Source of the DNA: Octopus sinensis
Lineage: Eukaryota
Length of the DNA stretch: 64,000 bases
Assembly: GCF_006345805.1 (NCBI RefSeq)
Contig: NC_043002.1
Coordinates: forward strand, 111,352,001-111,416,000
Direction: 5' to 3'
The number at the start of each line of letters is the position of its first letter. Within the stretch, counting starts at the first letter, position 1. The translations under genes and the position numbers were made by a program. This document shows, piece after piece, positions 35,731-47,150 of this stretch. Under the pieces are notes generated by a model. It did no database searches and was not told where the DNA came from. It was given only the letters and a program-made list of their open reading frames with translations.

Positions 35731-36983
35731 ACAGGCTTCTTTCAGTTTCTTTCTACCAAATCCACTCACAAGGCATTGGTCGGCCCGGGGCTATAGCAGA
35801 AGACACTTGCCCAAGATACCACGCAGTGGGACTGAACCCGTACATACATATATGTATGTATGTTTGCATATATTTTATTTATTACATATATATATATAAA
35901 GATGGAGGTGGAAATGGCACAGAAGTAAATCCAAGACATTTCAATTTAGAAAGAATTTAATAAAATGATTTTAAAAATATATAAAGAAAATATAGAATAT
36001 TACCAGTTTTGATGATGAATCTCATCTTATCAAATATTAGTAAAATTTATAAAAGTTTGAAGTAAAACAGTTTATCTTCTGCCTGAGGGTCAAAAACATG
36101 TCTGAATTTTTTTCATTGAATTCTTCTCTAAATATGGTTTGGTAAAGAGTTCAAGGTGTTGGTGGTGGGGTGTAGTTGTCTATTTACTCATTTACTTGTT
36201 TCAGTCATTTGACTGCAGCCATGCTGGAGCACTGCCTTTAGTCGAGCAAATCGACCCCAGGACTTATTCTTTGTAAGCCCAGTACTTATTCTATTGGTCT
36301 CTTTTGCCGAACCGCTAAGTGACGGGGATGTAAACACACCAGCATCAGTTGTCAAGTAATGCTAGCGGGACAAACACAGACACACAAACATATACATACA
36401 TATATATATACGACAGGCTTCTTTCAGTTTCCGTCTACCAAATCCACTCACAAGGCATTGGTCGGCCCGAGGCTATAGCAGAAGATACTTGCCCAAGATG
36501 CCACGCAGTGGGACTGAACCCAGAACCATGAGGTTGATAAGCAAGCTACTTACCACACAGCCACTCGTCTAACAATAAATCTTTGTGAGGTTTTTTTTAG
36601 ACACTACACAACTACACCCCTTCTCTAACACTTTGAACTCTGTACCAAACTATAATTAAAGAAAACTTCAACGAAAAAGCTCCAGACATGTTTTTGATGA
36701 CCAAAACAGAAGATTTACTGTTTTTACTTCAAACTATTTAAGATGAGTTTCATCATCGAAACAGGTAATATTCTATACTCTTTTACTTGTTTCAGTCATT
36801 TGACTGCGGCCATGCTGGAGCACCGCCTTTAGTCGGGCACATCGACCCCAGGACTAATTCTTTGTAAGCCCAGTACTTATTCTATCGGTGTCTCTTTTTG
36901 CCGAACCGCTAAGTGGCGGGGACGTAAACACACCAGCATCGGTTGTCAAGCAATGCTAGGGGGACAAACAGAGACACACAAAT

Positions 36984-37032
<49 letters not shown>

Positions 37033-37191
37033 ACAGGCTTCTTTCAGTTTCTTTCTACCAAATCCACTCACAAGGCATTGGTCGGCCCGGGGCTATAGCA
37101 GAAGGCACTTGCCCAAGATGCCACGCAGTGGGACTGAAACCGGAACCATGTGGTTGGTTAGCAAGCTACTTACCACACAGCCACTCCTGCA
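32865..37191. repeat. Tandem triplication of a unit of about 1308 bp (two SINE-A copies plus two AT-rich spacers)
   Basis: Equivalent positions fall at 33375, 34684 and 35991 (periods 1309 and 1307); the units are near-identical. Confidence 0.92.
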
Positions 37192-37377
37192 GCTATATTT
37201 TTTTATATAATTTTTAAATCATTTTTATTAAATTCTCTCTAAATTGAAATGTCTTAGATTTACTTCCGTGTTATTTCTACCATCTTTTATGTGTATATAT
37301 ATATATATAAGTCAGATGCCATGATAGATTGTTAGCCGCTACACACAATTTTTTTCTCTCCTTGTTTTTTTCTTGTA

Positions 37378-37415
37378 TCTTTCTGTAGAAGAGCATAGGC
37401 TCGAAACGTAAAAGA
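37378..37415 (+). ncRNA. Minimal hammerhead-like motif with variant core CUGUAGA
   Basis: TCTTT-CTGTAGAA-GAGC-ATAG-GCTC-GAAACGT-A-AAAGA, inside an element of about 200 bp (approx. 37310-37500) bounded by (TA)n on both sides. Confidence 0.55.
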
Positions 37416-37538
37416 CTTTTCCTATTCCTGAGCGCTATACTAATACATCTGTTTGTTTGTACACCACCTGCCTTCGTCTTTTGTTTATTTTCGTAAACAT
37501 TATATATATATAATGACTTCAAAATAATTTATCTTTAA

Positions 37539-37758
37539 CCCTTTAGTGTTTAAACCGGCTATATCCGGCCAAAATATTCTATCTGTTTTATGTTCAAACT
37601 AGTCAGATATAGTCGTTCATAGCTATCTTATTGTGCCATTTTAAAAATAAACAATCACATCATTGAAATCTCAAAGCCATGAAATGATGCAAGATTAATT
37701 TTACATGGTGTGAATACATAAGCTTTACATTTGACAGAATAATCTGAATGCTAAAGGG
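37539..37758. mobile_element. piggyBac-type MITE (about 220 bp). A second full copy lies at 48030-48248 in the opposite orientation; a truncated copy at 13027-13192
   Basis: TIRs CCCTTTAG.../...CTAAAGGG flanked by TTAA on both sides. Confidence 0.88.
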
Positions 37759-37929
37759 TTAAGAGGAACTACATCTCATCTCCACACAAATCAACTGTAT
37801 TTACTTGTGCATAATGTGAGAAATTTAATATAAAAATCATGGGTGAAAATTGGTGGGCAGCATTATACTTGAAAAACTAAAATAAGATATATTATTGATT
37901 TTTACTATCAAAATGTATGTGTCCATGGG

Positions 37930-38330
37930 GTGGAGGAAAGAGTATTGCCCAATTCAAGATCACAACATACATGTACACTGCAACATAATTTCTTTTCCTC
38001 AACAGGCCCTGCCCTATTTAACATTGTCCCAAGGGAGATCAAAGAGGAAAAGGATCCCATCAACTTTAAATGGAGTCTGGATAGATTCCTTCAAAGAATA
38101 CCAGATAAGCCACCCATAATTGGGTACAACTCACCCAACAAGAACTCACTACTTGAACAAAACTTGATACAACTCACCCAACAAGAACTCACTACTTGAA
38201 CAAAACTTGACTTAAACAGGATTCGAATAATCCTATCGGGTTGTGCTATTAAGTTAGACATGGCCTGGACCAATCTTTGGTCGAAACATATCTAAGTTAT
38301 ATTTGAGATCGCATTGGACTCAAATATATT
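37930..38330 (+). mobile_element. 3' end of a CR1/L2-group-like LINE
   Basis: TLQHNFFSSTGPALFNIVPREIKEEKDPINFKWSLDRFLQRIPDKPP resembles LINE ORF2 C-termini. Includes a 43-bp tandem duplication at approx. 38125-38210. The clade assignment is tentative. Confidence 0.55.
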
Positions 38331-38457
38331 TTTCTTATTGGGTCGAGATATTTCTGTGCCAGGAGACTGATGGAGTTGTAAGAGTCAAAAACAGAGTATT
38401 GATTTCATAGCTGGGATGGAACTTTTTAAAGTCACTGATATTTTAAACCATAACTGA

Positions 38458-40008
38458 CAGAGAGAGACTAAATGGTTGCTCAACATGTGAGAAATAGCAG
38501 CCAAGTGCCCTAAACTCACACCTTACTGTCTGAAAGAAAGAAGAACAAATGGGTAGAGTAGTTCTAAAGATTCAAAAATTCAAGATGTCCATAACTGGAA
38601 TACCTTTGATTAGGGTTGACCTTGGGCTAAACAGAGAGACTAAATAGTTGCTCAACATGTGAGAAGTAGCAGCCAAGTGCCCTAAACTCACACCTTACTG
38701 TCTGAAAGAAAGAAGAACAAATGGGTAGAGTAGTTCTAAAGATTCAAAAATTCAAGCTGTCCATAACTGGAATACCTTTGATTAGGGTTGACCTTGGGCT
38801 AACAGAGAGACTAAATGGTTGCTCAACATGTGAGAAATAGCAGCCAAGTGCCCTAAACTCACACCTTACTGTCTGAAAGAAAGCAGAACAAATGGGTAGA
38901 GTAGTTCTAAAGATTCAAAAATTCAAGCTGTCCATAACTGGAATACCTTTGATAAGGGCTGACCTTGGGCTAAACAGAGAGACTAAATGGTTGCTCAACA
39001 TGTGAGAAATAGCAGCCAAGTGCCCTAAACTCACACCTTACTGTCTGAAAGAAAGCAGAACAAATGGGTAGAGTAGTTCTAAAGATTCAAAAATTCAAGA
39101 TGTCCATAACTGGAATACCTTTGATAAGGGCTGACCTTGGGCTAAACAGAGAGACTAAATGGTTGCTCAACATGTGAGAAATAGCAGCCAAGTGCCCTAA
39201 ACTCACACCTTACTGTCTGAAAGAAAGAAGAACAAATGGGTAGAGTAGTTCTAAAGATTCAAAAATTCAAGCTGTCCATAACTGGAATACCTTTGATTAG
39301 GGTTGACCTTGGGCTAAACAGAGAGACTAAATGGTTGCTCAACATGTGAGAAATAGCAGCCAAGTGCCCTAAACTCACACCTTACTGTCTGAAAGAAAGA
39401 AGAACAAATGGGTAGAGTAGTTCTAAAGATTCAAAAATTCAAGCTGTCCATAACTGGAATACCTTTGATAAGGGCTGACCTTGGGCTAAACAGAGAGACT
39501 AAATGGTTGCTCAACATGTGAGAAGTAGCAGCCAAGTGCCCTAAACTCACACCTACTGTCTGAAAGAAGAAGAACAAATGGGTAGAGTAGTTCTAAAGAT
39601 TCAAAAATTCAAGATGTCCATAACTGGAATACCTTTGATTAGGGTTGACCTTGGGCTAAACAGAGAGACTAAATGGTTGCTCAACATGTGAGAAGTAGCA
39701 GCCAAGTGCCCTAAACTCACACCTTACTGTCTGAAAGAAAGAAAGAACAAATGGGTAGAGTAGTTCTAAAGATTCAAAAATTCAAGATGTCCATAACTAG
39801 AATACCTTTGATCAGGGCTGACCTTGGGCTAAACGGAGAGACTAAATAGCTGCTCAACATGTGAGAAGTAGCAGCCAAGTGCCCTAAACTCACACCTTAC
39901 TGTCTGAAAGAAAGAAGAACAAATGGGTAGAGTAGTTCTAAAGATTCAAAAATTCAAGATGTCCATAACTGGAATACCTTTGATCAGGCTTGACCTTGGG
40001 CTAAACAA
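38458..40008. repeat. Tandem array of 9 copies of a unit of about 172 bp
   Basis: The GAGACTA landmark occurs at 38464, 38636, 38807, 38979, 39151, 39323, 39495, 39666 and 39839. Confidence 0.95.
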
Positions 40009-40617
40009 CAGCAGAAATCAACAAAGGTGCCCTCTACATAGTCATCTGACCTGCTAGAATAAAAGAACATTAACTCTCACACTCTGGCCAGGTCCATCTT
40101 GGCTACCTTTACCAGAATGTACAGGTATACAGAAGTAGACTTGGTGATGGATTAAAGTAGAACGTGCTGAGATCCAGCATCCCATAAAATTCATCATTGA
40201 ATGCTGTAGCATGGTTCTCAGCTAGATGGAAGAATGTTATATCTCTGGTTATGCCTCAGTCAATCAGTACACTACCTGCATACAATAAATCTGCCTTGTT
40301 TGTATTCATTCGACTAGTCTGATTCTGTCTGCTCATTCAAGGCAGTCTATGTACTCAAGACAACAATAATCCTTCTTTCTATGAACATAGATAAAAGGCA
40401 ATTATTCATCGACCAGATAGCTTCCTTGACCTTAGTATCTATTTTGCTGCAAAGCAAACAAGTAGACTTGATGAACCAATGAGGAAACTTCTACATGGTT
40501 TCACAATCTGCTAAAAATAGCACCAAATATTACACCCTAGTATCATTAAAAAAGAAGGGGTACCAGATAATATAGTCCTATATATGCACTGCTCAAGTGA
40601 AGGGTAAGCTGGTCTTT

Positions 40618-41029
40618 GCTGAAACACTCTTGATCATAGGTCTGCTGAGCCAGTGCTGAAACACTCTTGATCATAGGTCTGCTGAGCCAGTGCTGAAACA
40701 CTCTTGATCATAGGCCTGCTGAGCCAGTGCTGAAACACTTTTGATCATAGGCCTGCTGAGCCAGTGCTGAAACACTCTTGATCATAGGCCTGCTGAGCCA
40801 GTGCTGAAACACTCTTGATCATAGGTCAGCTGAGCCAGTGCTGAAACACTCTTGATCATAGGCCTGCTGAGCCAGTGCTGAAACACTCTTGATCATAGGT
40901 CAGCTGAGCCAGTGCTGAAACACTCTTGATCATAGGTCTGCTGAGCCAGTGCTGAAACACTCTTGATCATAGGTCTGCTGAGCCAGTGCTGAAACACTCT
41001 TGATCATAGGTCTGCTGAGCCAGTGCTGA
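40618..41029. repeat. Minisatellite of 11 copies of 37 bp
   Basis: Unit GCTGAAACACTCTTGATCATAGGTCTGCTGAGCCAGT repeated head-to-tail without spacers. Confidence 0.95.
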
Positions 41030-41748
41030 CCTTAGGCTAAACACCAACAATAAGTAGAGTTGAGAATCTTGCTTAAAGACAAAGTGAGGCATTTGAAATA
41101 CATATTCATGCTCCATGTAACAAGAGCTAACATGTTTATTATCCAATTAGACAATCACTACTTCTAGTAGTATCGATTGATAATAAAACAATCTTCAGAC
41201 TTCAAGGAAGCTAGTGATGGTTTGGTTTGCATAGGCAAAAGTCAATTCAGTAAAACTGATGACACACCTGTTCCTACAGGTGGTCTTGATTGTGATGGAG
41301 ACCTCACAAAGCAGATCATCGCAGGTTGCAATAAATATTGTCCAAAATCGATTTTAGCCCTAACCCAACAGAAAGTTAGTGTAACCCGCAAACTGAAATG
41401 CATATAATCATCAGGTTGGATGCTGAAAGATGAGGAAGAAGAAACGTTTGAATGGCTGATAAGATGAACAACTGTTGGTCATGCACTGGTTGGTGGTAGG
41501 TCTGTTCTCTCACATCTAACACATCATGCTGTAATAAATAAAATAATTTTAGATTCAAAATGTGATTTTATAGAGAAGTGTGTATGTGTGTGTGTGTGTG
41601 AATACATATGTGTATCTACATGTGTGTTTGCAAGTTTGAGTATATATATTATATAAATACTTTATATAATATATATATATATATATATAAAGTAAGTAGG
41701 GGTAAAATAAAAGTGGAGAAATTTCAAGGACTCTTTCTTTTAGCTCTT

Positions 41749-42471
41749 TCAGTTCAATGAAGTATGTGAAAATGCCTGAGATTTTCGTCGAGAGAACAGA
41801 CACCACCGATCCCGATAGCTCTGCTCTATAATTAGACTACTCATTAAGGCTTTAGCATCATAGCCTGACGAAGAAGATAGTTGAGAGTCCACCATTTCCC
41901 AGCCACAATTTTTCAGATATTCTCCAAGACGCAGGCGAATATTGCTCCCGTTAAGCTCAATCTCAGCAAATTCCAATCCATTTTTAGTCTGTAGTTTCTC
42001 CAAGGCTTCCATGCCAATGAGATGTGACGGCAGGGAGACAATCATATCTTTACGCCCAGACAGAATAGTTTTGACCCGAGAATTATTTGTGGGCATAGTT
42101 GCTGTAGATCCAGTTCGTACTTCAATTATTTCAAGAAAGACGCCACCACTTTTGTCAGCAAGGTCATCTCGTAATTTACACAAGTCTTGAATTAAAGGTT
42201 TGATTTGATAGAAATCTGCCTCAGTCAGCAGCAAGTCGTACTCCTTGAAGTCCATTGGAAGGGAAAGCTTCTTAGACCGAAGAAAATTCAAGATATAACG
42301 GAACATGAATCCATCCCTATCAATGAAATAAAATCCACTTTTGTCAATTGTTGTTGGGTATGACCCGCTGAACATTGTCCCAAGCATGGAATCGGCATAT
42401 CGACAAAGCGTCGAGCGCGTTGTGGAGTAATGTGTGCCACCAACATTCAAGTTGACAATATCCTCGGCCAT
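41749..42471 (-). CDS. KCTD6-like: BTB/POZ (T1-type) domain protein of the KCTD family, closest to the KCTD6/KCTD21/KCTD11 group; single coding exon, 240 aa
   Basis: Intact ATG-to-stop ORF. The N-terminus, IVNLNVGGTHYSTTRSTLCRYADSMLGTMFSG...FIDRDGFMFRYILNFLRSKKLSLPMDFKEYDLLLTEADFYQIKPLI, is a canonical KCTD BTB domain. An acceptor-like ttctcttatAG lies on the minus strand at 42510-42511, 38 nt upstream of the ATG. Orthology was not tested. Confidence 0.93.
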   Translation of the reverse strand: MAEDIVNLNVGGTHYSTTRSTLCRYADSMLGTMFSGSYPTTIDKSGFYFIDRDGFMFRYILNFLRSKKLSLPMDFKEYDLLLTEADFYQIKPLIQDLCKLRDDLADKSGGVFLEIIEVRTGSTATMPTNNSRVKTILSGRKDMIVSLPSHLIGMEALEKLQTKNGLEFAEIELNGSNIRLRLGEYLKNCGWEMVDSQLSSSSGYDAKALMSSLIIEQSYRDRWCLFSRRKSQAFSHTSLN

Positions 42472-42967
42472 ACCAACTACATCTGCAGCTACTCACACCA
42501 GGCCGGGCACTATAAGAGAATAAGCAGATTAAATAGCATTTTAGACAAATGTAACAAATTAATGGATAACATAGCATATCATACAGAAAATTCAATAAAT
42601 ATAAATATCAAAAGGTCAATAGAGTCATTCAAATAAATAACAGAACTTGCACCAAATAATTATTTTCTTTAGAGGAAATGCTTTAATCAATGTGAGAAAG
42701 AGATAGCAACTTCAATAGTTGTCTATTAATGAAATGAATATAAAATATAAAACTGGCCAAATTTTATATAATGCTTCCAAACTGTGCTGTCGGACTAAAA
42801 AAAAAAAAAAAAAAACCCTTCCTAGCTGCACAGTATAAAAAAAAAATACAATTAAAATCTCTAAATTAAAAAAATTAATATGCCACTAATTTTAGTGCTA
42901 CTTATTCTATCAACATTTGAAGAAAAGCAAGGTAAGATTTGAAGTCAGAATTATCAAATAGCACAGA

Positions 42968-43014
<47 letters not shown>

Positions 43015-43071
43015 TATGTGAATGAATTATATTAGTATTGATAATTCGGTTAATCGATACCTGGGTAGAGG

Positions 43072-43170
43072 TTCCTTGTCTTTCCTGATGAGAAGACGGC
43101 ATAATGCACCCTTTATTCCTTCGGAATTAAGAGTATGCAGTCTTCGAAACATGTGTTGAGAGTAAAGGAA
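43072..43170 (+). ncRNA. Type I hammerhead ribozyme with minimal, self-complementary stem III (Penelope-type)
   Basis: Stem I is 43072-43084/43158-43170 (11 of 13 pairs). Core CTGATGA at 43085-43091; stem II GAAGAC/GTCTTC, extended by GCATA/TATGC; GAAA at 43146-43149. ACATGTGT is self-complementary; the predicted site is GUU at 43155-43157. Confidence 0.75.
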
Positions 43171-43217
43171 TTTTATTAAAATCTTCGTTTGACTCCATTC
43201 TTTCATTTATCTATCTA

Positions 43218-43256
<39 letters not shown>

Positions 43257-43835
43257 TAATATAAGAGTATTTTTTACATGTGATATAAAACTCAATACAT
43301 TGGACAAAGCAGATAGACATAGACTGTCAACTTTTGAGATATCTTCATCATTTAACGTCCATTGTCCATGCTGGCATGGGTTGGATGGTTTAATCAGGGC
43401 TGGTAGGCTGAGTGGCTGCACCAGATTCCAGTCTGATTTTGCATGATTTCTATGGCTGGATGTTCTTCTTAATGCCTAACCACTACGAGAGTGTAATGGG
43501 TGCTTTTACATTCCACGAGTACAGGTGCCAGATGCGTGACATCAATATCTGCCATGACTATGATTTCACTTGGCTTAATGGATCTTCCCTCTCGTGCATG
43601 GCATATTGCCAAAGGCCTCCATTACTTGTCATTGCCACCATGGGGCCCAGTGCTCAAAATTATGTGCCACTGGGACGGCTGCTGGTCTGCAACACCAGCA
43701 ACAGCCACATTACCCTCAAGGTCCAACTCTTCAAAGGTGCTTTTTACATGCCATTGGTATATATGTATAGTTTCTATTCCTCCATCAAGCCAATAGTACA
43801 TAATAAGGCACTCTGGCTAGCTCATAACAAAGCTG

Positions 43836-44940
43836 GTGATTAATGTCGTGTTCGCCGCCAGAAAATCTATCATAAAATTTGACAAGCTGTGGGTCTGCAA
43901 AGACACACCCGATGGTTTTGATGTTACAATGGGAAGTTCTAATTCAGCACAAATAGCTGATTTGGTTGGTATATATATACTTCATGAAATGGCAGACCAG
44001 ATCCCAAACATCAATGGAGGTCTACATCATGATGATTGTTTTTTCTCCCTTCAAAATGTTTCTGACCAAACAGTACAAAAGGTTAAGAATAGTTTAGTTA
44101 AGTTTTTCCATAGAATGGGCTTAAGCATTGTTTTTGATGATGATGTAACGAAAGCCAACTTTTTAGATATTATAGTTAACTTACACTATAATTCATAATT
44201 CCCATACCGCAAACCATCGACCAATCTTAAGTATATTAGCAAATTCAGTAATCATTCTAGAGCAATCACTAAGAACTTAGTTAAGAATATTTCATTTAGG
44301 TTGTCTAAGTTATCTGCTAATGTTGATATTTTCAACGACAAGGCTGAATTTTATAACTCTGCCTTACTTAAAGCAGATAAAGTTACCTATATTAATTCCA
44401 TTCAATCTTATTCTACCTTTAGTAATGGAGACATGAAATCTAGTTGTAAGGATATAAATGATATCAATTTTAATTTATGTGCCACCAACGCCAAAGAGAG
44501 GAAGATTTTTTACAACGTAAGGGAGATAACCATTATTTAAACCCATTTTTTTCATTCTAAAGGCAACTCAATGTCTTTTAAAGATAGTTACACTAAAAAT
44601 AAGGCAATAGCAAAACTATTTGGTTGATTATTCCTTATGGGAGACAAATTAAATCTAATCTTCCTTTCCAGTTTCGGGAAGCTATTATTAAGAATTTTCC
44701 AAAGAATTCAAGCTATTACTCTATTATTACTCTATTATCAACTCACACATGGTTAGGATTGGTTTTTCCAACACAAAAAATCTCTCCAAATTATCTCCTC
44801 ACATAATACTAGTCTGTTAAATAAGAATCCAATTACTAATACTAACATTAATTTAGCTAATACCAACAATCCCCCTAGAAATGTTAATAACAAGGTTATT
44901 GTCTCTGAAGGCCCTCTGGATATCCTTGTTGCTAATTTTG
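43836..44940 (+). mobile_element. Degenerate Penelope-like element RT and thumb region (Naiad-like)
   Basis: FDVTMGSSNSAQIADLVGIYIL, GGLHHDDCFF (degenerate YRDD), NFLDIIVNL, PYRKPSTNLKYISKFSNH, WLIIPYGRQIKSN and frameshifted VRIGFSNTKNLSKIISSHN. Confidence 0.8.
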
Positions 44941-45834
44941 ATAGATATATATACATATATATAAACATATATATGCATACATACATATATAAACATATAA
45001 ATACATACAAATATAGATATACATATATAGATATATATACATACAAATATAGATATACATATATAGATATATATACATACATATATAGATATATATATAT
45101 ATATAAGCATACAAATATAGATATATATATATATACATACATATATAGATATATATAAACATACAAATATAGTTATACATATATAGATATATATATATAT
45201 ACATATATAGATATATATATATACATATATATAAACATATAAATACATACAAATATATATATATATATATATATATAAACATACAAATATAGATATATAT
45301 ACATATATAGATATATACATACATATATATATATATATATTATATATATATATAACATACAAATATAGATATACATATATAGATATATATACATACATAT
45401 ATATATATATAAACATACAAATATAGATATACATATATAGATATATATAAACATACATATATACATACATAAATATATATTTTTATTTTTTTATTTATGC
45501 GCCCTTTTCAAGCCTAGCCAGGCTCATGGGCTCAGTTTCCCGGTTTCTATGGCGTATGTATTCCCCTCAGCTGGACAGGATGCCAGTCCATCACAGCGTT
45601 ACTCAAGAAACAGGAAGAAAGAGTTAAAGAAAGTTGGGGCAAAAGAGTACAACAGGGATCACCACCATCCCCTGCCAGAGTCGTGGAGCTTTAGGTGCTT
45701 TCACTCTATAAACACACACAACGCTCAGTCTAGGAATCAAAACCATGATCCTCCAACTGCGAGTGGTAAGACCATAGTGGATCTATTTCTAGCATAAGGG
45801 TGTCCACATAGTGGTTTCCATCTAATATATAACA

Positions 45835-46760
45835 TCATCATCATCATCATCGTTTAATATCCGCTTTCCATGCTACCATGGGTTGGACGATTTGACTGAG
45901 GTCTGGCAAACCAGATGGCTGCACCAGGCTCTAATCTGATCTGGCAGAGTTTCTACAGCTGGATGCCCTTCCTAACACCAACCACTCCAAGAGTGTAGGG
46001 GGTGCTTTTACGTGCCACCGGCACGAGGGCCAGTCAGGTGGTACTGGCAACAGTCACGCTCAAATGGTGCTTTTTATGTGCCACCTACACAGGAGCCAGT
46101 CTGGTGGCACTGGCAACGACCTCGCTTGAATGTTTTTTCACGTGCCACCAGCACAAGTGCTATTAAGGCGACGCAGGTAACAACCACGCTTGAATGGTGT
46201 TTTTAACGTGCCATCAGCACGGAGGCCAGTTTGTTGCTCTGGCCACGATCTCACTTGTATAGTACTCTTAGCGCTCCACTAGCACGGATGCCAGACATCG
46301 AATTTGATTTCGATTTCACTTGCCTCAACAGGTCTTTGCAAGCAGAGTTTAGTGTCCAATGAAGGAAAAGCATGCATAAGTGGACTGGTTACACCCCTGG
46401 CATAGGCCACAAGGTTATAGTCTCATTTGCACTTGCCGAGTCTTCTGAAGCACAGCATATTTCCAGAGGTCCTGGTTGATAGTCATTGCCTCAGTGAGGC
46501 CCAGTGTTTGAAGGTCATGCTTCACCACTTCATCCCAGGACTTCTTGGGTCTACCTCTTCCACAGGTTCCCTCAACTGCAAGGGTGTGGCACTTTTTCAC
46601 ACAGCTATCCACATCCATTCTCGCCACATGACCATACCAGTACAGTCATCTCTCTTGCACACCACAACTGATGCTTCTTAGGTCCAACCTTTCTTTCAAG
46701 GCACTAACACTCTGTCGAGTATGAACACTGCTACATTTGTAGTAATATGGGGACATGTGC
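45835..46760 (-). mobile_element. 5'-truncated RTE LINE: end of ORF2, full 3' UTR and (GAT)n tail
   Basis: DSCVKKCHTLAVEGTCGRGRPKKSWDEVVKHDLQTLGLTEAM is followed by a UTR with tandem GGTGGCACGTAAAAGCACC units and a GATGATGAT tail. This copy links the many short tail copies to this LINE. Confidence 0.88.
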
Positions 46761-47150
46761 TGTAACAGCTTGTTACTTCATCCACTATTTGTTGGAGATT
46801 CCCTACTGCTCTTTGTGGATGATGCCTTTGCACCACTCAGGCGACAACCCTCCATGCATATATATATATAAATATATATATATATAATTAATATAGGATA
46901 AAATTTATTTTCGGGAAAAAAATTTTATGAATGGCCAGCATATCAAAAATGCCTTTAAAGGTAAAATTTATACATAATTTACAAGATAAGGGCAGAAGAA
47001 AAAATTGTCAATAACCATTAATAATTTATGCGTCTCAAAATAAACCGATAGAAATCTCTAAAAAATTCGTTATTACCGTATTGGTCCAAGCACTAAGACT
47101 TAGTGCTTGCTTTTTCCTTGGGTAAGAGTAAGTATTTCATTTATATCTCG

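Noticed and set aside
38255-38300. GACC-loop-GGTC-GAAAC as a hammerhead half in the LINE 3' UTR
   Set aside because: No CUGANGA strand or stem I partner nearby, so there is too little to call.
38458-40008. Alpha-satellite or centromere homologue, suggested by the 171-172-bp period
   Set aside because: Only the length is similar. The array has just 9 units and derives from a local dispersed repeat.
40618-41029. CRISPR-like array (37-bp repeats)
   Set aside because: The repeats are contiguous with no unique spacers, there are no cas genes, and the context is eukaryotic.
41177-41558. Short ORFs downstream of the KCTD stop as a second gene
   Set aside because: No recognisable domain or consistent splice structure; more likely 3' UTR or intergenic sequence.
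43836-44940. Selenocysteine-encoding Naiad element
   Set aside because: The copy is fragmentary with frameshifts and ordinary stops; no conserved in-frame TGA or SECIS could be supported.
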